A stretch of DNA of 64,000 bases, from NCBI RefSeq assembly GCF_006345805.1, contig NC_043001.1:42594001-42658000 (forward strand), written 5' to 3'. Position numbers and translations under genes: made by a program. Source of the stretch: Octopus sinensis (lineage: Eukaryota). Positions 48,901 to 62,292 of this stretch are shown here, piece after piece. Numbering within the stretch: position 1 is the first letter of the stretch; every line of letters begins with the position of its first letter. Below the pieces are notes generated by a model. It was not told the origin of the DNA, searched no databases, and saw only the letters and a program-made list of their open reading frames with translations.

Positions 48901-51362
48901 TAATGAACTCTCTGGCTGGTTTCTTCTGTGATTTTTTTGAAACTGTTGGTTAAGGCATCATAGGATGAATGAATAAAAAAACTCAGACATGATGTACTCC
49001 ACTTCCATATTTCATTCCATCTTATTTTTTTCTCAATTATGTGTTTCTCCCATCTTGTTATTTATCCTTGTTGAGAACATCAAATCAAATGAGGTCCTCT
49101 TTTCCTTGTTTCCCTTGTCTTGATATTGCTACTAACAACAAATCTGTGTTTGCACTGCATCTTGCTTTCAAATGGCCCAAACTGATCTAAACCAAATCCA
49201 AGCTGTTTCCAATCAATTTGTATGGCACCCACCATATCTCAGTGTGTAAGTGTAGGCAGGATGTCATCAGTTTCTGCTTCTGCTTTCCACTTGGCTGTTT
49301 TTACATCTGATAAATTATGCCTTATTTCCCTACCCTTCAACTCTCTTAGCATCATCACTGTTCGTACCTTCCCTACTTTATACATGTGTGCATGCAAGTA
49401 ATAAACTGATAAATTGGTGTAGCAAATAAAAAATATCTTGCATTTGTTCCATTTGATTTGCTCAGATACTGCCTCAACACTCTCATCATGATAACTCACC
49501 AGCATACAATATCCTGTCTCAGTTCCTTCCATTGTTAATACATTGGTTCCTACTCCATTTAACTATCAAGATATGAACCATACATCTCATCTACCACTTA
49601 ACACACTTAAAGGCACTCATCTCCAAAGTTTGAAAATAGAAGTTTTTTTCCCCTCAGAATTGCAATTCTCTGTACATGTTTTTTTTTTCCTGCAGAATTC
49701 AACGTACATAAATGCAAGCTAATCATAAATCACATCACCGTCACCAGACTGGAAGGACTTACAAAGGTCATATGTACACTCTTCCTATCTCAAACTATAA
49801 CTGAAAAGGTAAAAACTATATTTTTCATTCAATTGGCTTGTAAGTATGACAAAGGTTCATTTAGGACACTGAAACACTCTGTATTGAACATAATTTGGTG
49901 AATTTGATTGTTGGTTGTATAGCATAAATGTCATATCATCATTGCTATCATCTACATTGCACAGCTACGACTATCTTAATGCATACTAAAAAATGACATG
50001 AGATGCTAACATGATATTATCTTTAAAAGTAATAATTCATGAAAAAAGATTTTAGCTTCCATTAAGTCAAAGATAATAAAAGGTGACCAGGTAACTTTCC
50101 ATATTTTAAGGGCCATAATGTTCTATATGTATCATTTTTGTTTTTGAATTTTATGAACTAGCACCAAGTCTTGAAACATAGTCCAAGCTTCAAGTCTTTA
50201 AGTAGGGTCAACCTTTAGTTTTCACCACATCCTCCTCTGGTTATCAGCAAACAAGAACCAAAGTCAGGACTGTGTGTTAAGAGAAATAAAATTATTTTGA
50301 GGAATTATCAAATAAATTATAATTGCAAACCATATGAAATACTGTGATTTTTGTCATTATATGTATTTTTATCAATTAACTTTATTAATTAACCATAATG
50401 TGATTGATTAATAGGTAAATTCTATTCATGAAATATAAAATAACTTTTGCATATATGAATTTGTTATATAGGATTTCCTTACAAGCCTTTTAAGCTTTAT
50501 ACTTCACTTAAGAATTCAATATTTATAATCTCTATGTTAATAGTGCAGTGATTTGTTGTAATTTGTATTTTGAGAAACACACCATTATATTTATTTATTC
50601 ATTTACCTAATTTTTCAAATTTCAATGTAGAGAAAGAAGAAAGCAGTAAAATTTAATATTATTTTAAAGACAAATAATAAGAAAAAGTTATGTCATATCT
50701 AGTACAGAAACCGAGTTCTAAATAAGAATATATATTTGGTCTTCTAGTATAATCTCATAAGTTTTGCCATTGTCTTATACTATTTAATCATATTGCATAC
50801 AGTCTATATATTACTCTGTGGTGAATAAATAGTAAGAAAACTACCCATTGCAGCTAACCATTTTCAATTCCTCTCTTAATACTTTCTAAGCAATCAAGTT
50901 TTCAAAAGATAGTGTTGGAAATTATAACATTTTCTATTATAAGATATAATTTTAACATTTATTTCAATTCTGTTGGGAACAACTGCATTTGTTTCAATTT
51001 TGAGAAATACATTTGGAAGCTGTCTCCAATTAACGTTTCTCACAAGCCTGTTGCTTTATTGTTTTATTTCCTATAATGCTTAGTCACGCAAGAATATAAT
51101 TATAGCTTTATAGCAGAAAGGTCAGACTCTATTATTCTGTTTAAAGAGAGATAATAAAAATCAATTGTAACCATATCATAATATAAAGAAAAACATTTGA
51201 TTTAGCTGCGTTTTTCTAATTTATAATATTTATTCAGTAAAGCATGTAGTTGCAGGGATCATCAGCTGACGCAAAATCCCTGCCTAATCATAGTGCTCCA
51301 ATGATAGGTGAACTGATGTACTGATTAGAACACATGTTATCACATCAATATTATCTCTGTGT

Positions 51363-51583
51363 TTAACCTTTTTGCTACTATATTTATTTGGAGACGCTCT
51401 GTGTTTCTTTCAATTATTTTAAATATAACAAAAAATTTAGTAAAATAACTTAGTTATTCAGCTGGTGTTAGGAACATAAATTGTGACTACGGTTTGGTGG
51501 AAGATTTTCATTCAAAACTTATGAAAACATGACATTTGTACTCAGAGCCAGAGCCGGTTTCAGCCAGGTTGGTAACAAAAGGG
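51363..51583. mobile_element. piggyBac-like MITE
   Basis: TTAA followed by cctttttgctac ... ggtaacaaaaggg; right TTAA is absent (SINE adjacent). Confidence 0.6.
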
Positions 51584-51754
51584 CAGAAAGCTGGCAGAAT
51601 AATTAGCAAACCAAGAAAAATACTTAGCAGTATTTCGTCTGTCTTTACATTCCACCAGCATCGACTTTGCCTTTCATCCTTTTGGGGCTGATGTAATCAA
51701 CTTCCCCATGCCCCTGAACTTGCTGGTCTTGTACCAAAATTAGAAACAATCATT

Positions 51755-54606
51755 AAATGCTTCACATCGTTGGTTTACAAAAGTAGAGCTCAAAGCTATC
51801 AAAAGATGGGTATTGAAAAACAGCAGCAGAAGAAGTGATGAAAATACAGTTCCTACTGATAAAAGTAATCTCATAGCAGAAAACAGAGGTGAAATCTCAA
51901 ATAAACCACAGGAAAGGAACAGTGATAGCTTGCTCATTGAGAGACATAGATGGTTTGGAAGACGACAATAAAACTAATGGTGACGTAACAGGTGGGCAAA
52001 AGGCAATCTATGACAGAATAAAGGTAAGCTACAGGAGAAAAAAATGACATTATTTGCAACCTTAAAAAGATTGATCGGTGGAAATTGAACCAAGAAACAA
52101 AAAACGTGAATGAAATTCTGAAATACATTAGAACAATAAACATCACATAAACAAACAATTTGATCAAGGCAGCAAGTATTGTTGTAGCAGAAAATGTGGG
52201 TGTTTATGTCAAGAAAAAGAAATATAATGGGAGTGACAAAAGAAAAGATCCCTGATGGAAAAGAAGAATACAGGTGGGGTTAGATATGCTCTCGAAGGGC
52301 ATTTCCATATTTCACCAAAAAGAGAAGGGGGTGCTTAAAAGTGAACAAAAATACAGGGCACTGAACAGGAAGTATGATATTGAAAAAAGGGCCTGAAAGT
52401 GGTAATGGAGGAACTGAAACAGCGCCTCGTTGCAAAGAAAACAAAGATGGTGAGATACAACCAAAGAATGAAGGGATACCAGCAGAATAGGTTATTCAGA
52501 GTAGATCAGAAGAGATTCTACAAAGAAATAAATGGAGAGTGTACATATGAAAAGTTGATACCAGATAACATTGAAAGTCAAAGGCTTTTGGAGTGACATC
52601 TGGAGCAAAGACAAGGAGCACAAGAACTGAAGCAAAGAGTAGTCTGTCCAAAACAGGCAGAACTAGTCATTTCAGATAAAGAAGTGAAGGAAATCAGCAA
52701 AAAAATGGGTAACTGGAAGGCCCCGGGACTAGATGGATTTCAAAGTTACTGGATCAAAAGATTTGGTGAATGTCATGCACAAATAGCTGCACAGCTCAAC
52801 ACCTTGTTAAATACTGACCAAGTAACACCAGAATGGTTGACAATGGGTAGGACAGTGCTGTGCTTGAAAAACATTGAAAAAGGCAATATGATAGACAATT
52901 ACAGGCTGATATCCTGCTTTCCACTTATGTGGAAATTATTGACTGGAATAGTTGCAGAGTCAACGTACAGATAAAAATGGAGTCCTGCTATATGAGCAGA
53001 AGGGTTGCAAGTGTAAGTACAGAGGTACCAAGGATCAACTCCATGTTATGGATCGATTATCATAAAATGTACGATATGATCCCCCATTCTTGGATTATGG
53101 AATGTATGATGGAACTGACAGCATATGGAAGAAGTTTATGGTCAATAGAAATCAGGAGAGGCACTTATCTTTGTACTGTGCATGATACCGCTAACACTGA
53201 TTCTGAGGACAGCAAAGGCTGGGTATGTATTCAAAAGCTGCCAACAAAAAGTCAACCACTTGTTATTCATGGATAACCTCAAACTTTATGGTAAAGATGA
53301 ACCCTAAGTCAGTTCCTTCGTTGATATGGTGTATACTTTCAGTGCTGATATCAGAATGGAGTTCAGACTGAAAAAGTGTGGTATGTTAGTCTTGAAGAGA
53401 GGCAAAATCAAATGTATGGATAGGCTAGCAATACCGTCAGGGACGGTTACAAAGCAGACAGAAGAGATGAGCTATAAGTACTTGGGGATATTGGAATTGG
53501 ATCAATTGATGGAGAAAGAAATGACAAAAAATTTTAAGATAGAGTACTTGCACAGACTGAGACTGATCCTTAAGTTGAAATTAAATGGACAGAATAAGAT
53601 TGAAGCTATCAACACCTAGGTGGTTTCACTACTTAGATATGGAGTGTGGGTAATCACATGGACAGTAGACGAACTAAACCCCTTAGACAGAAAGACAAAA
53701 AAGTTGCTGACTAGATATGGGATACTCCACCCAAAAAGTTACACAGACAGATTATATGTATCAAGAAAAAGAGGGGGAAGAGGACTGATTGGATGTGAAC
53801 ACAGCATTAGCATAGAAGAAAGCAACATAGCATGGTATGTAAAAAATTCCAAAGAACCACAATTTTGGAAGTAAGAAGGTCAGACTTGTGTAGGATGGAA
53901 GATAGCAAAGATAAAGAACTGTACAAGGACTTGAGAATGTTGAAGATAAGACAGACAGAGTAAAAAGATGGCTATGGATGACTAAAAGTGATTTAAAACT
54001 GGAAACAGAGGCTCTAATCTGTGCTGCCCAAGAGCAAGCATTAAGAACCAATTATATCAAATACAGAATAGACAACACAACTAAGTGCAGAATTTCTGGA
54101 CAAAATGGTGAAGCCGTATGGCATATTTCCTGTCAATGTACACCACTAGCCCAAAAAGAATATAAGAGACATTATGACAATATAGCAAGGATTGTCCATT
54201 GGACACTTTGCAACAAGTATGGACTTGACAGAGCAAGAAAGTGGTACAAGCATAAACCTGAAGGCATCATCAAAAGTGATAATGCAAAGATCTTATGGAT
54301 TTTGTGATTCAATGCAACCATGAGATAGAGAATAGGAAACCAGACATAGTGTTAATTGAGAAAGGAAGCAAACAATGCTGGATCATAGATATAGCATGCC
54401 CAGCTGACAGTATAGCATGCGATAAGAAAGAAAAGTCGATAGGCGCAGGAGTGGCTGTGTGGTAAGTAGCTTGCTAACCAACCACATGGTTCCGGGTTCA
54501 GTCCCACTGCGTGGCATCTTGGGCAAGTGTCTTCTGCTATAGCCCCGGGCCGACCAATGCCTTGTGAGTGGATTTGGTAGACGGAAACTGAAAGAAGCCT
54601 GTCGTA

Positions 54607-54640
<34 letters not shown>

Positions 54641-55163
54641 TTTGTGTGTCTGTGTTTGTCCCCCTAGCATTGCTTGACAACCGATGCTGGTGTGTTTACG
54701 TCCCCGTCACTTAGCGGTTCGGCAAAAAGAGACCGATAGAATAAGTACTGGGCTTACAAAGAATAAGTCCCGGGGTCGATTTGCTCGACTAAAGGCAGTG
54801 CTCCAGCATGGCCGCAGTCAAATGACTGAAACAAGTAAAAGAGTAAAAATGAGAGTAAAGAGATATGACAGGTTAGCTTGGGAGTTTTAGCAGTTGTGGT
54901 CGATGAAAAAAGTGGTAGTAGTACCAATAATTGTCAGAACCCTGGGTACAGTGAGTTAAAAGCTTGAGAAGTACATGGAACAAATAGGGGCTGCAATAAG
55001 GGGGGAGCACTTGCAGAAAACAGCACTGCTTGGAACCGGTCAATTACACTGGATGGTGCTCAAAAAATAAGGGGCTTTACCTTAGTTCACTAGTAGTGAA
55101 CAGCTGGCACCATAGAACATCTCCAGCATTAGAAGCTGTGCATAGCCAGTAAATAATAATAAT
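51755..55163 (+). mobile_element. Near full-length R4/Dong-like RLE LINE, heavily mutated, interrupted by a SINE
   Basis: WKAPGLDG, NYRLISC, WIDYHKMYDMIPH, CRISG..EAVWHISCQC, RKPDIVL..IIDIACP, VVPIIV; (AAT)n tail. Confidence 0.9.
54442..54860 (+). mobile_element. Major tRNA-derived SINE, young full-length copy
   Basis: A box tggctgtgtgg, B box ggttcagtccc, CORE-like ggcatcttgggcaagtgtc, internal (TA)(TG) tract, (agtaaa)n tail; splits KVDR/YDRLAWE codons of the host LINE. Confidence 0.93.
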
Positions 55164-55439
55164 GATTCTTTTTATTGGCCACAAGGGCCCAAGACATGGA
55201 GGACAATATTGAAGGATGAGTTACAGCACAAAAAATTACAAAAACAAAAACATGTGGGATTACCATCAGTCAATGGGAGATACTACCACATTAAAGAATA
55301 TAACAGAGGACATATAATAGAAAGTAGAGAAATAAATAATAAATAAATAGAATCCCCAAATTGGGGCTGTCCACTTAGAATAATCGAAGGTGAACCCCAC
55401 ATAAAAATCTCAGATTACTCTGCCATCTCCAAGGTATGG

Positions 55440-56580
55440 GAAAGTGCTCTCTTCCTCCTGCTTAGAAAAGCACAATCAGAGTAGATACATTCAGTCTCAC
55501 CAGACTTGCCACTGTCAACCACCTTTTGATAAACATACTAGAAGGCAACTCCCTCTCTACCCTCACCTTCCTCTTCAAATGGTATTGAAGAAATTGATCA
55601 GGGCTTGACTAGATAAGACTGTGCCTGTCTTCAAACCTTTCAGACGGGTCCACCACACAGCCTCTTTTATCACTGCCACTAAACAGAGAAAGACCTGCCT
55701 TCCTTCTCTGTTATGGGAAGGTGGTGCATTGATCTTAACTATACACTCAGCAGACAGCTGAATTTGTCTTACACACAACAGCAGCTGCTCCACACAATCC
55801 TACAACTTTCTAATGTACTGACACTGAATTATTGCATACAGGACAGTTTTGTCCCCATGTAAGCATCTGGGGCAGGTTTGGCTGTTGGCACTTTCATGCC
55901 TTAAGAGCTGTAGTACTGCCAAGCCAAAGACTTTTGGAAATTGCCCATGATCTTCGGCCCAAAGGTTCCCTGGAAGAGACTACTCAAACTGTTCTTGTTG
56001 ATGCTTAGATTCAATCCTAGGCCATCATCACTCATACCTTCAACTAGTTCCCTATAGATATCTTGTGGTGTTTTCCCGCTAACAGTTTTGGGCAGCTGGT
56101 ACAATGCAGTGAGTACCTGGCATCATTCTAGATGCCAAATGCCCAACCATGGTCTATGTTTGACCCATGACTGCAGCTCTGTCAATGAGATGAGCTGCAG
56201 AAAGGCGTGTTACACGAAAGGCGCCCACACCAATTCACCCTTATTTTATTGTCATTGTCATCCATGTCATTGCAGTGATTTAGATATTTCTATAGGTACA
56301 ACAACCTCAATGTGTAGTGCCACATCAGTAAGCATGGCAGCCTAAGACCACCATGGTCTGACTCTTCCATAGGAATCGGAAAAGCAAGTGCTCCAATCTG
56401 GTCAGAGTTTTCTTAGGACGAGGTACAATAGCTAGGTGGTAGTGCACTACCAAGGCGATATATGCATTCACTACTTCCGCCCAGCCTTTCAGGGACAGCT
56501 TCCTTTCTACTCATTTCTGGGTGAGCTTGGTTACCCTAATCATGACCTCTTCCCAGTCTCTGTCTACCTGGAGATCTGGT
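55440..56580 (-). mobile_element. Tx1/L1-like LINE ORF2 3' remnant
   Basis: KLSLKGWAEVVNAYI, FGPKIMGNFQKSLAWQ, KTVLYAIIQC, VAVIKEAVWWTRLKG. Confidence 0.75.
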
Positions 56581-56659
56581 CTGAAGAGTCTGACACCATG
56601 ACAATGTTGTCGTCCGCAATAATAATGATGATGATGATGATGATGATGGTAATAAGGTT

Positions 56660-57245
56660 TCATATTGGTGGCACAAGATCAAAGCTTGCTTACCAAAAAC
56701 TATCAGGATAACGTTCTTCAAAATGGTTCTAACCCTAAATGCAGATTCTGTGATACATTTGAGGAAACAATAGACCATCTCATCTTGGGATGTCCTCTGC
56801 TGACACCAAACAAATACAAAAATCACCACAATAAGGTAGAACAGTGTTTACATTGGAAAATATGTAAACACTACAAAATTAGCTCTCCTGCTTACTGGTA
56901 TGAACATCATCCTGAACCAGTTATTGAAGGTAAAAATGTCACTATCCTCTGGAATTTTCCAGTCAACACCAACAGAACAATCCAGGCAAATCAACCAGAC
57001 ATAGTCATTAAAGACAGAGAAGAAAATACTAATAGACTAATAGATGTAAGTGTTCCCTCTGATAAAAATATAGCTGTAAAGGAATTTGAGAATTAAGTAA
57101 ATACAAGAACCTGGAAATTGAAATACAAAAGATGTGACGTCTTAAAGTGAGAACTGTTCCTGTTTTTGTAGGTGCCCTAGGTATGATAAAAAAAGTGATG
57201 TCAGAAGCATCTAAATAACATCCCAGGAGAACCATGTCTCAGAGG
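56660..57245 (+). mobile_element. R4/Dong-like LINE C-terminal fragment (CCHC plus RLE)
   Basis: CRFCDTFEETIDHLILGC, ILWNFPV..ANQPDIVIKD..LIDVSVP. Confidence 0.88.
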
Positions 57246-57668
57246 TAAAACCACACTCCCTTTAACTCCCCCATATTAATGAATACAAAAGAATAAAGAA
57301 ACAAGACATGGAAATGCAATTATAATTTTTACTGAAGAAAGTCACAAACAACATCTGGTTTTTCAATTAAAACATTGACCATTTCAAAATACAAAAAGTC
57401 TTTTTCCTTCCCCACCCTAAAAGATCACTAAGTACTAAACAAACAAGTCTGACCATACCAATACAAAAGCCATGCCTCTTTACCTCCCACTCCTTCTCAA
57501 AAATGTTTTTTTTCTTTATAAAAAGCCCAAGAAATCTAACTTTAAACCACTTTTTGATAAATCCAATAATGAAAGAAAGCACTAAAAGTGTAAATAAAAT
57601 GTAAATGATAAAATATATATAATCATCCAACATTCTAACTACCTTATTATTCTAAATATATATATAAA

Positions 57669-58680
57669 TAGGGGTTGGACAAAACAATGGAAACACCTTA
57701 AAATTTCAAACAAATTTATCTTAATATGGGGCAGGACTGCTTTTGGCAGTAATTACACCTTGAATTCAATGAGGTATGGACTCAAAATTTTATGTACAAA
57801 ATTTTATGTACAAAATTTTAATTGTTTCCAAAGGAATTTTTGTCCATTCTGCAGCTAAAACATTCTCCAGTTCTTGTGATGATGGTGGTGGATATCGACT
57901 TCTTACATGTTTTTCTAAACTGCACCATAAATGTTCAATAATATTGAGATCTTGAGACTGCGGTGGCCAGTTAAGTTGTTCAACTTCACTAGAATATTCT
58001 TTGTGCCATTCAGTAACAACTTTATCTAGGTGAATTGGTGCATTATCATCCTGAAAGATTGTGTTTCTCTCCAGAAACAGTTCGACAACCATAGGATGAA
58101 TTTGATCAGATAAAATGCTTAAATAGTCTTAACTGTTAATTCTGCCATGAAGGGAAACCATTGGGCCGGTGGATTTCCAAGATATAGCCCCCCCTCCCCC
58201 GATCATCGCAAATCCTCCTCCATGTTTAACAGTTGGAAGAATACAGTCTGGGTCAAATGCTTCTTTTGGCTGTCTCCATAAGTATACTCAGCTGGTGGTC
58301 GGAAATAACAATTTGTGTAAGAGTTCGACGGTCCCTATCTGAAAGTTTTGGCTTTCTTCTTGAGTTTTGTTTCAATGTGGAGGTTTTTCCCTCTTTCTCA
58401 AAGGCTGTCATTACTTTCGAGACAGTACTTCTTGATACACCAAACATTTCAGCTGTTTTGACCTCTCCAAAAGTCCAATAGATCTGTCATTTTAATGAAT
58501 TTTAATTACGTTTTTTCTGATGATATTTGAAAAGAAACAGCAATTTTATCAAAGCATATTAAGCAATACTAATAATAAATCAAAAAACATAAAAATAAAC
58601 AAGCTTTTGACAGTTTTATAGATATTTCAAAATTATGATTCTATAATGCTAGGTGTTTCCATTATTTTGTCTAAACCCTG
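57669..58680 (-). mobile_element. Tc1-like DD36E transposon with both TIRs, internally deleted
   Basis: TIR aggggttggacaaaacaatggaaacacc / ggtgtttccattattttgtctaaaccctg followed by TA; GVSRSTVSKV HTH; FQDD-x36-E (DLNIIEHLW). Confidence 0.9.
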
Positions 58681-58692
58681 TATATATATATA

Positions 58693-58861
58693 GGCGCAGG
58701 AGTGGCTGTGTGGTAAGTAGCTTGCTTACCAACCACATGGTTCCGGGTTCAGTCCCACTCTGGCACCTTGGACAAGTGTCTTCTACTATAGCCTTGGACT
58801 GACCAAAGCCTTGTGAGTGGATTTGGTAGACGGAAACTGAAAGAAGCCCGTCATATATATG

Positions 58862-58901
<40 letters not shown>

Positions 58902-59112
58902 CGTGTGTGTGTGTGTGTGTGTCTGTGTTTGTGTGTCTGTGTTTGTCCCCCCACCCCCAACATCGCTTGACATCTGATGCTGGTGTGGCAAAAGAACCAA
59001 TAGAATAAGTACTAGGCTTACAAAGAATAAGTCCTGGGGTCAATTTGCTCAACTAAAGGTGGTACTCCAGCATGGCCCGCAGTCAAATGACTGAAGCCAG
59101 TAAGTAAAAGAG
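58693..59112 (+). mobile_element. Major SINE, full-length
   Basis: ggcgcaggagtggctgtgtgg ... gtcaaatgactgaagccagtaagtaaaagag. Confidence 0.92.
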
Positions 59113-59152
<40 letters not shown>

Positions 59153-59159
59153 ATATATA

Positions 59160-59325
59160 CATGCATATATGGGTACAGGATGTCACCAGCAGGGCAAATA
59201 ACATGAAATCCGTAAACAAACAAGGAAAAAACAAGTGAAATACATGAACAAGAAAAAAATGGAAGACAAGACAAGTAAACACAGAGAAAAGACCTTTCAT
59301 CAGTTGTCAGATGTCTATCTCGAAC
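59160..59325 (-). mobile_element. PLE-like terminal sequence abutting (TA)n
   Basis: Homologous to 17876-17995. Confidence 0.4.
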
Positions 59326-59484
59326 AATGAGAACAAGTGCTCAACACTGCATTGGTGGATAAAGATACTTCATTTGTGTGTTATGGTTTCAATTGAAAAT
59401 GGAGACAAACATCAATTTCTCCACGTGATTGGCTTGAAAAGTTTTTAAGATATTTTCTTAATGTGAAACCAATGGCAACCTTAA

Positions 59485-59540
<56 letters not shown>

Positions 59541-59572
<32 letters not shown>

Positions 59573-59598
59573 TTAACGTCCGCTTTCCATGATAGCAT
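59541..59598 (-). mobile_element. Ultra-short RTE 3' terminus inside (TA)n
   Basis: (cat)n ttaacgtccgctttccatg flanked by TA repeats on both sides. Confidence 0.8.
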
Positions 59599-59623
59599 GA
59601 TATATATATATATATATATAATA

Positions 59624-59709
<86 letters not shown>

Positions 59710-59711
59710 AC

Positions 59712-59743
<32 letters not shown>

Positions 59744-60144
59744 TACTCTTTTACTCTTTTACTTGTTTCAGTCATTTGACTGCAGCCATGCTGGAGCACC
59801 ACCTTTAGTCGTGCAAATCGACCCCGGGACTTATTCTTTGTAAGCCCAGTACTTATTCTATCGGTCTCTTTTGCCGAACCGCTAAGTGACGGGGACGTAA
59901 ACACACCAGCATTGGTGGTCAAGCAATGCTAGGGGGACAAACACAAACACACACACACACATACATATATATATACATATATACGACAGGCTTTTTTCAG
60001 TTTCCGTCTACCAAATCCACTCACAAGGCATTGGTCGGCCCGGGGCTATAGCAGAAGACACTTGCCCAAGATGCCACGCAGTGGGACTGAACCCGGAACC
60101 ATGTGGTTGGTTAGCAAGCTACTTACCACACAGCCACTCCTGCG

Positions 60145-60146
<2 letters not shown>
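59744..60146 (-). mobile_element. Major SINE, young full-length copy
   Basis: Near-identical reverse complement of 54442-54850. Confidence 0.93.
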
Positions 60147-60223
<77 letters not shown>

Positions 60224-60238
60224 ATATATATATTATAC

Positions 60239-60349
<111 letters not shown>

Positions 60350-60358
60350 TATAGAAGG

Positions 60359-60409
60359 AGCTTCTACAGGACTAGAACTGTTTCATTCAAGAGAAATCTT
60401 CAGGAAGCT
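60359..60409 (-). ncRNA. Type I hammerhead ribozyme, intact core (left arm copy)
   Basis: Exact reverse complement of 61217-61267. Confidence 0.8.
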
Positions 60410-60691
60410 AGTTAACAAGAATTGTATTGGCATTTATACATTTAGGCAGGTTTAAAGGGGTGTTGGTGGGGGACTTTTTGGGGGTAGGCATAGCGCAAAA
60501 AATCATACTTGGGGGAGTGGTCAAGGAGTCAGTGTTAAATTAGATAGGAGAATAAATAAAAAAAAAAATAAAAAAAAAAATAAAAAATAAAAATAAAAAT
60601 AAAAAAAAAAATAAAAAATAAAAAATAAAAAAATATATTAAAAAATATAAAAAAATAAAAAATAAATAAATAAAATAAAAATAAAAAATAA

Positions 60692-60726
<35 letters not shown>

Positions 60727-61016
60727 ATAAAGGGGGAATAGAGTTTTAGGTAAATAAGGAGATTCTCACTTATACCTCTACACATACACACATATATATA
60801 CACTCACACATACATATATGTGAGTGTATATATATGTGTGTATGTGTAGAAGTATAAGTGAGAATCTCCTTATTTACCTAAAACTCTATTCCCCCCTTTA
60901 TATATATAATATATATATATATAATATATATATATTATTTTTTTTATTTTTATTTTTTATTTATTTATTTTTTTATTTTTTTATATTTTTTTTATATATT
61001 TTTTTATTTTTTATTT

Positions 61017-61053
<37 letters not shown>

Positions 61054-61216
61054 ATTTTTTTTTTTTATTTTTATTTTTTATTTTTTATTTATTCTCCTAT
61101 CTAATTTAACACTGACTCCTTGACCACTCCCCCAAGTATGATTTTTTGCGCTATGCCTACCCCCAAAAAGTCAAACCTGCCTAAATGTATAAATGCCAAT
61201 ACAATTCTTGTTAACT

Positions 61217-61267
61217 AGCTTCCTGAAGATTTCTCTTGAATGAAACAGTTCTAGTCCTGTAGAAGCT
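61217..61267 (+). ncRNA. Type I hammerhead ribozyme, intact core (right arm copy)
   Basis: agcttc/gaagct stem I; CUGAAGA 61223-61229; ttc(tctt)gaa stem II with U.U closing; GAAA 61242-61245; cag/ctg stem III; GUA triplet 61259-61261. Confidence 0.8.
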
Positions 61268-61350
61268 CCTTCTATATAATAAATTAATTTTACTCTGCTA
61301 TGTATTGAGTACCTTATTTACTGTGGTTAACCCCGAATCAACCCGGGACC

Positions 61351-61356
61351 TACATA

Positions 61357-61388
<32 letters not shown>

Positions 61389-61434
61389 CATATATATTAT
61401 ATATATATATTATATATATATTATATATATATAT

Positions 61435-61493
<59 letters not shown>

Positions 61494-61572
61494 TACACAC
61501 ACACATACATACATACATACATACATACATACATACATACATACACACATACATACATAGAGAGAGGGAGGG
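61351..61572. repeat. (TA)n(GATA)n(CATA)n compound microsatellite
   Basis: Direct inspection. Confidence 0.95.
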
Positions 61573-62292
61573 AGAGATTGTTTAGGAAATTAAATGTTAT
61601 AGCTGGTCATAGAATAATCATTGGCTTTACACCTATAAAGCACTTAGCAGTATAGGTGACTCATCAGACTTAAATAGCTGAAGGCACACAACTAGAGAAA
61701 GAAATATGTCATGGTCAGTTTAGTCTTGTAAAACATTTGTTACTAAAAACTTGAACCTCCTCATTCATTGAATCGGCCTGTCACAACTCATTCCTTTATC
61801 ACCACAGTCAGAGCTGATGTAAGGGGGAGAACCCCATCCTACCTGTTGCACAGACAATATTTTTTTGTATCTATCTCATGGTTGCACTGATCATGGCATA
61901 ATTTCTTCCTTCAGTCATAGAGAAGTTATTCACCTGCAGACATTTGAGTCCATCACCTGTACTGCTAAGCACTTTATAGATGCAAAATCAATGGTCACTT
62001 TATGATTGGCCATAATATTTAACTTCCTAAAAATTATATTACTGCTCTAATGCTTTAGAGTGTGCTTCTTTTTTGGATATATGAACTACTGACAATTGAC
62101 TGACAGACAGATAGACAGATATCTCAGTGTTTGTATGTGGATCATTTATCTTTTACTTGTTTCAGTCATTGAGCTGTGGTGAAGCTGGGGGTCTGCTTTG
62201 AGGGTTTAGCTGAACAAATTGACCCCAGTGTTTATTTTTAATGATGGACAATCACAAATGAGAATGCAGATATATATATATATATATATATA

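Noticed and set aside
59290-59312. Minus-strand CUGAUGA as an HHR
   Set aside because: No downstream GAAA or stem I pairing.
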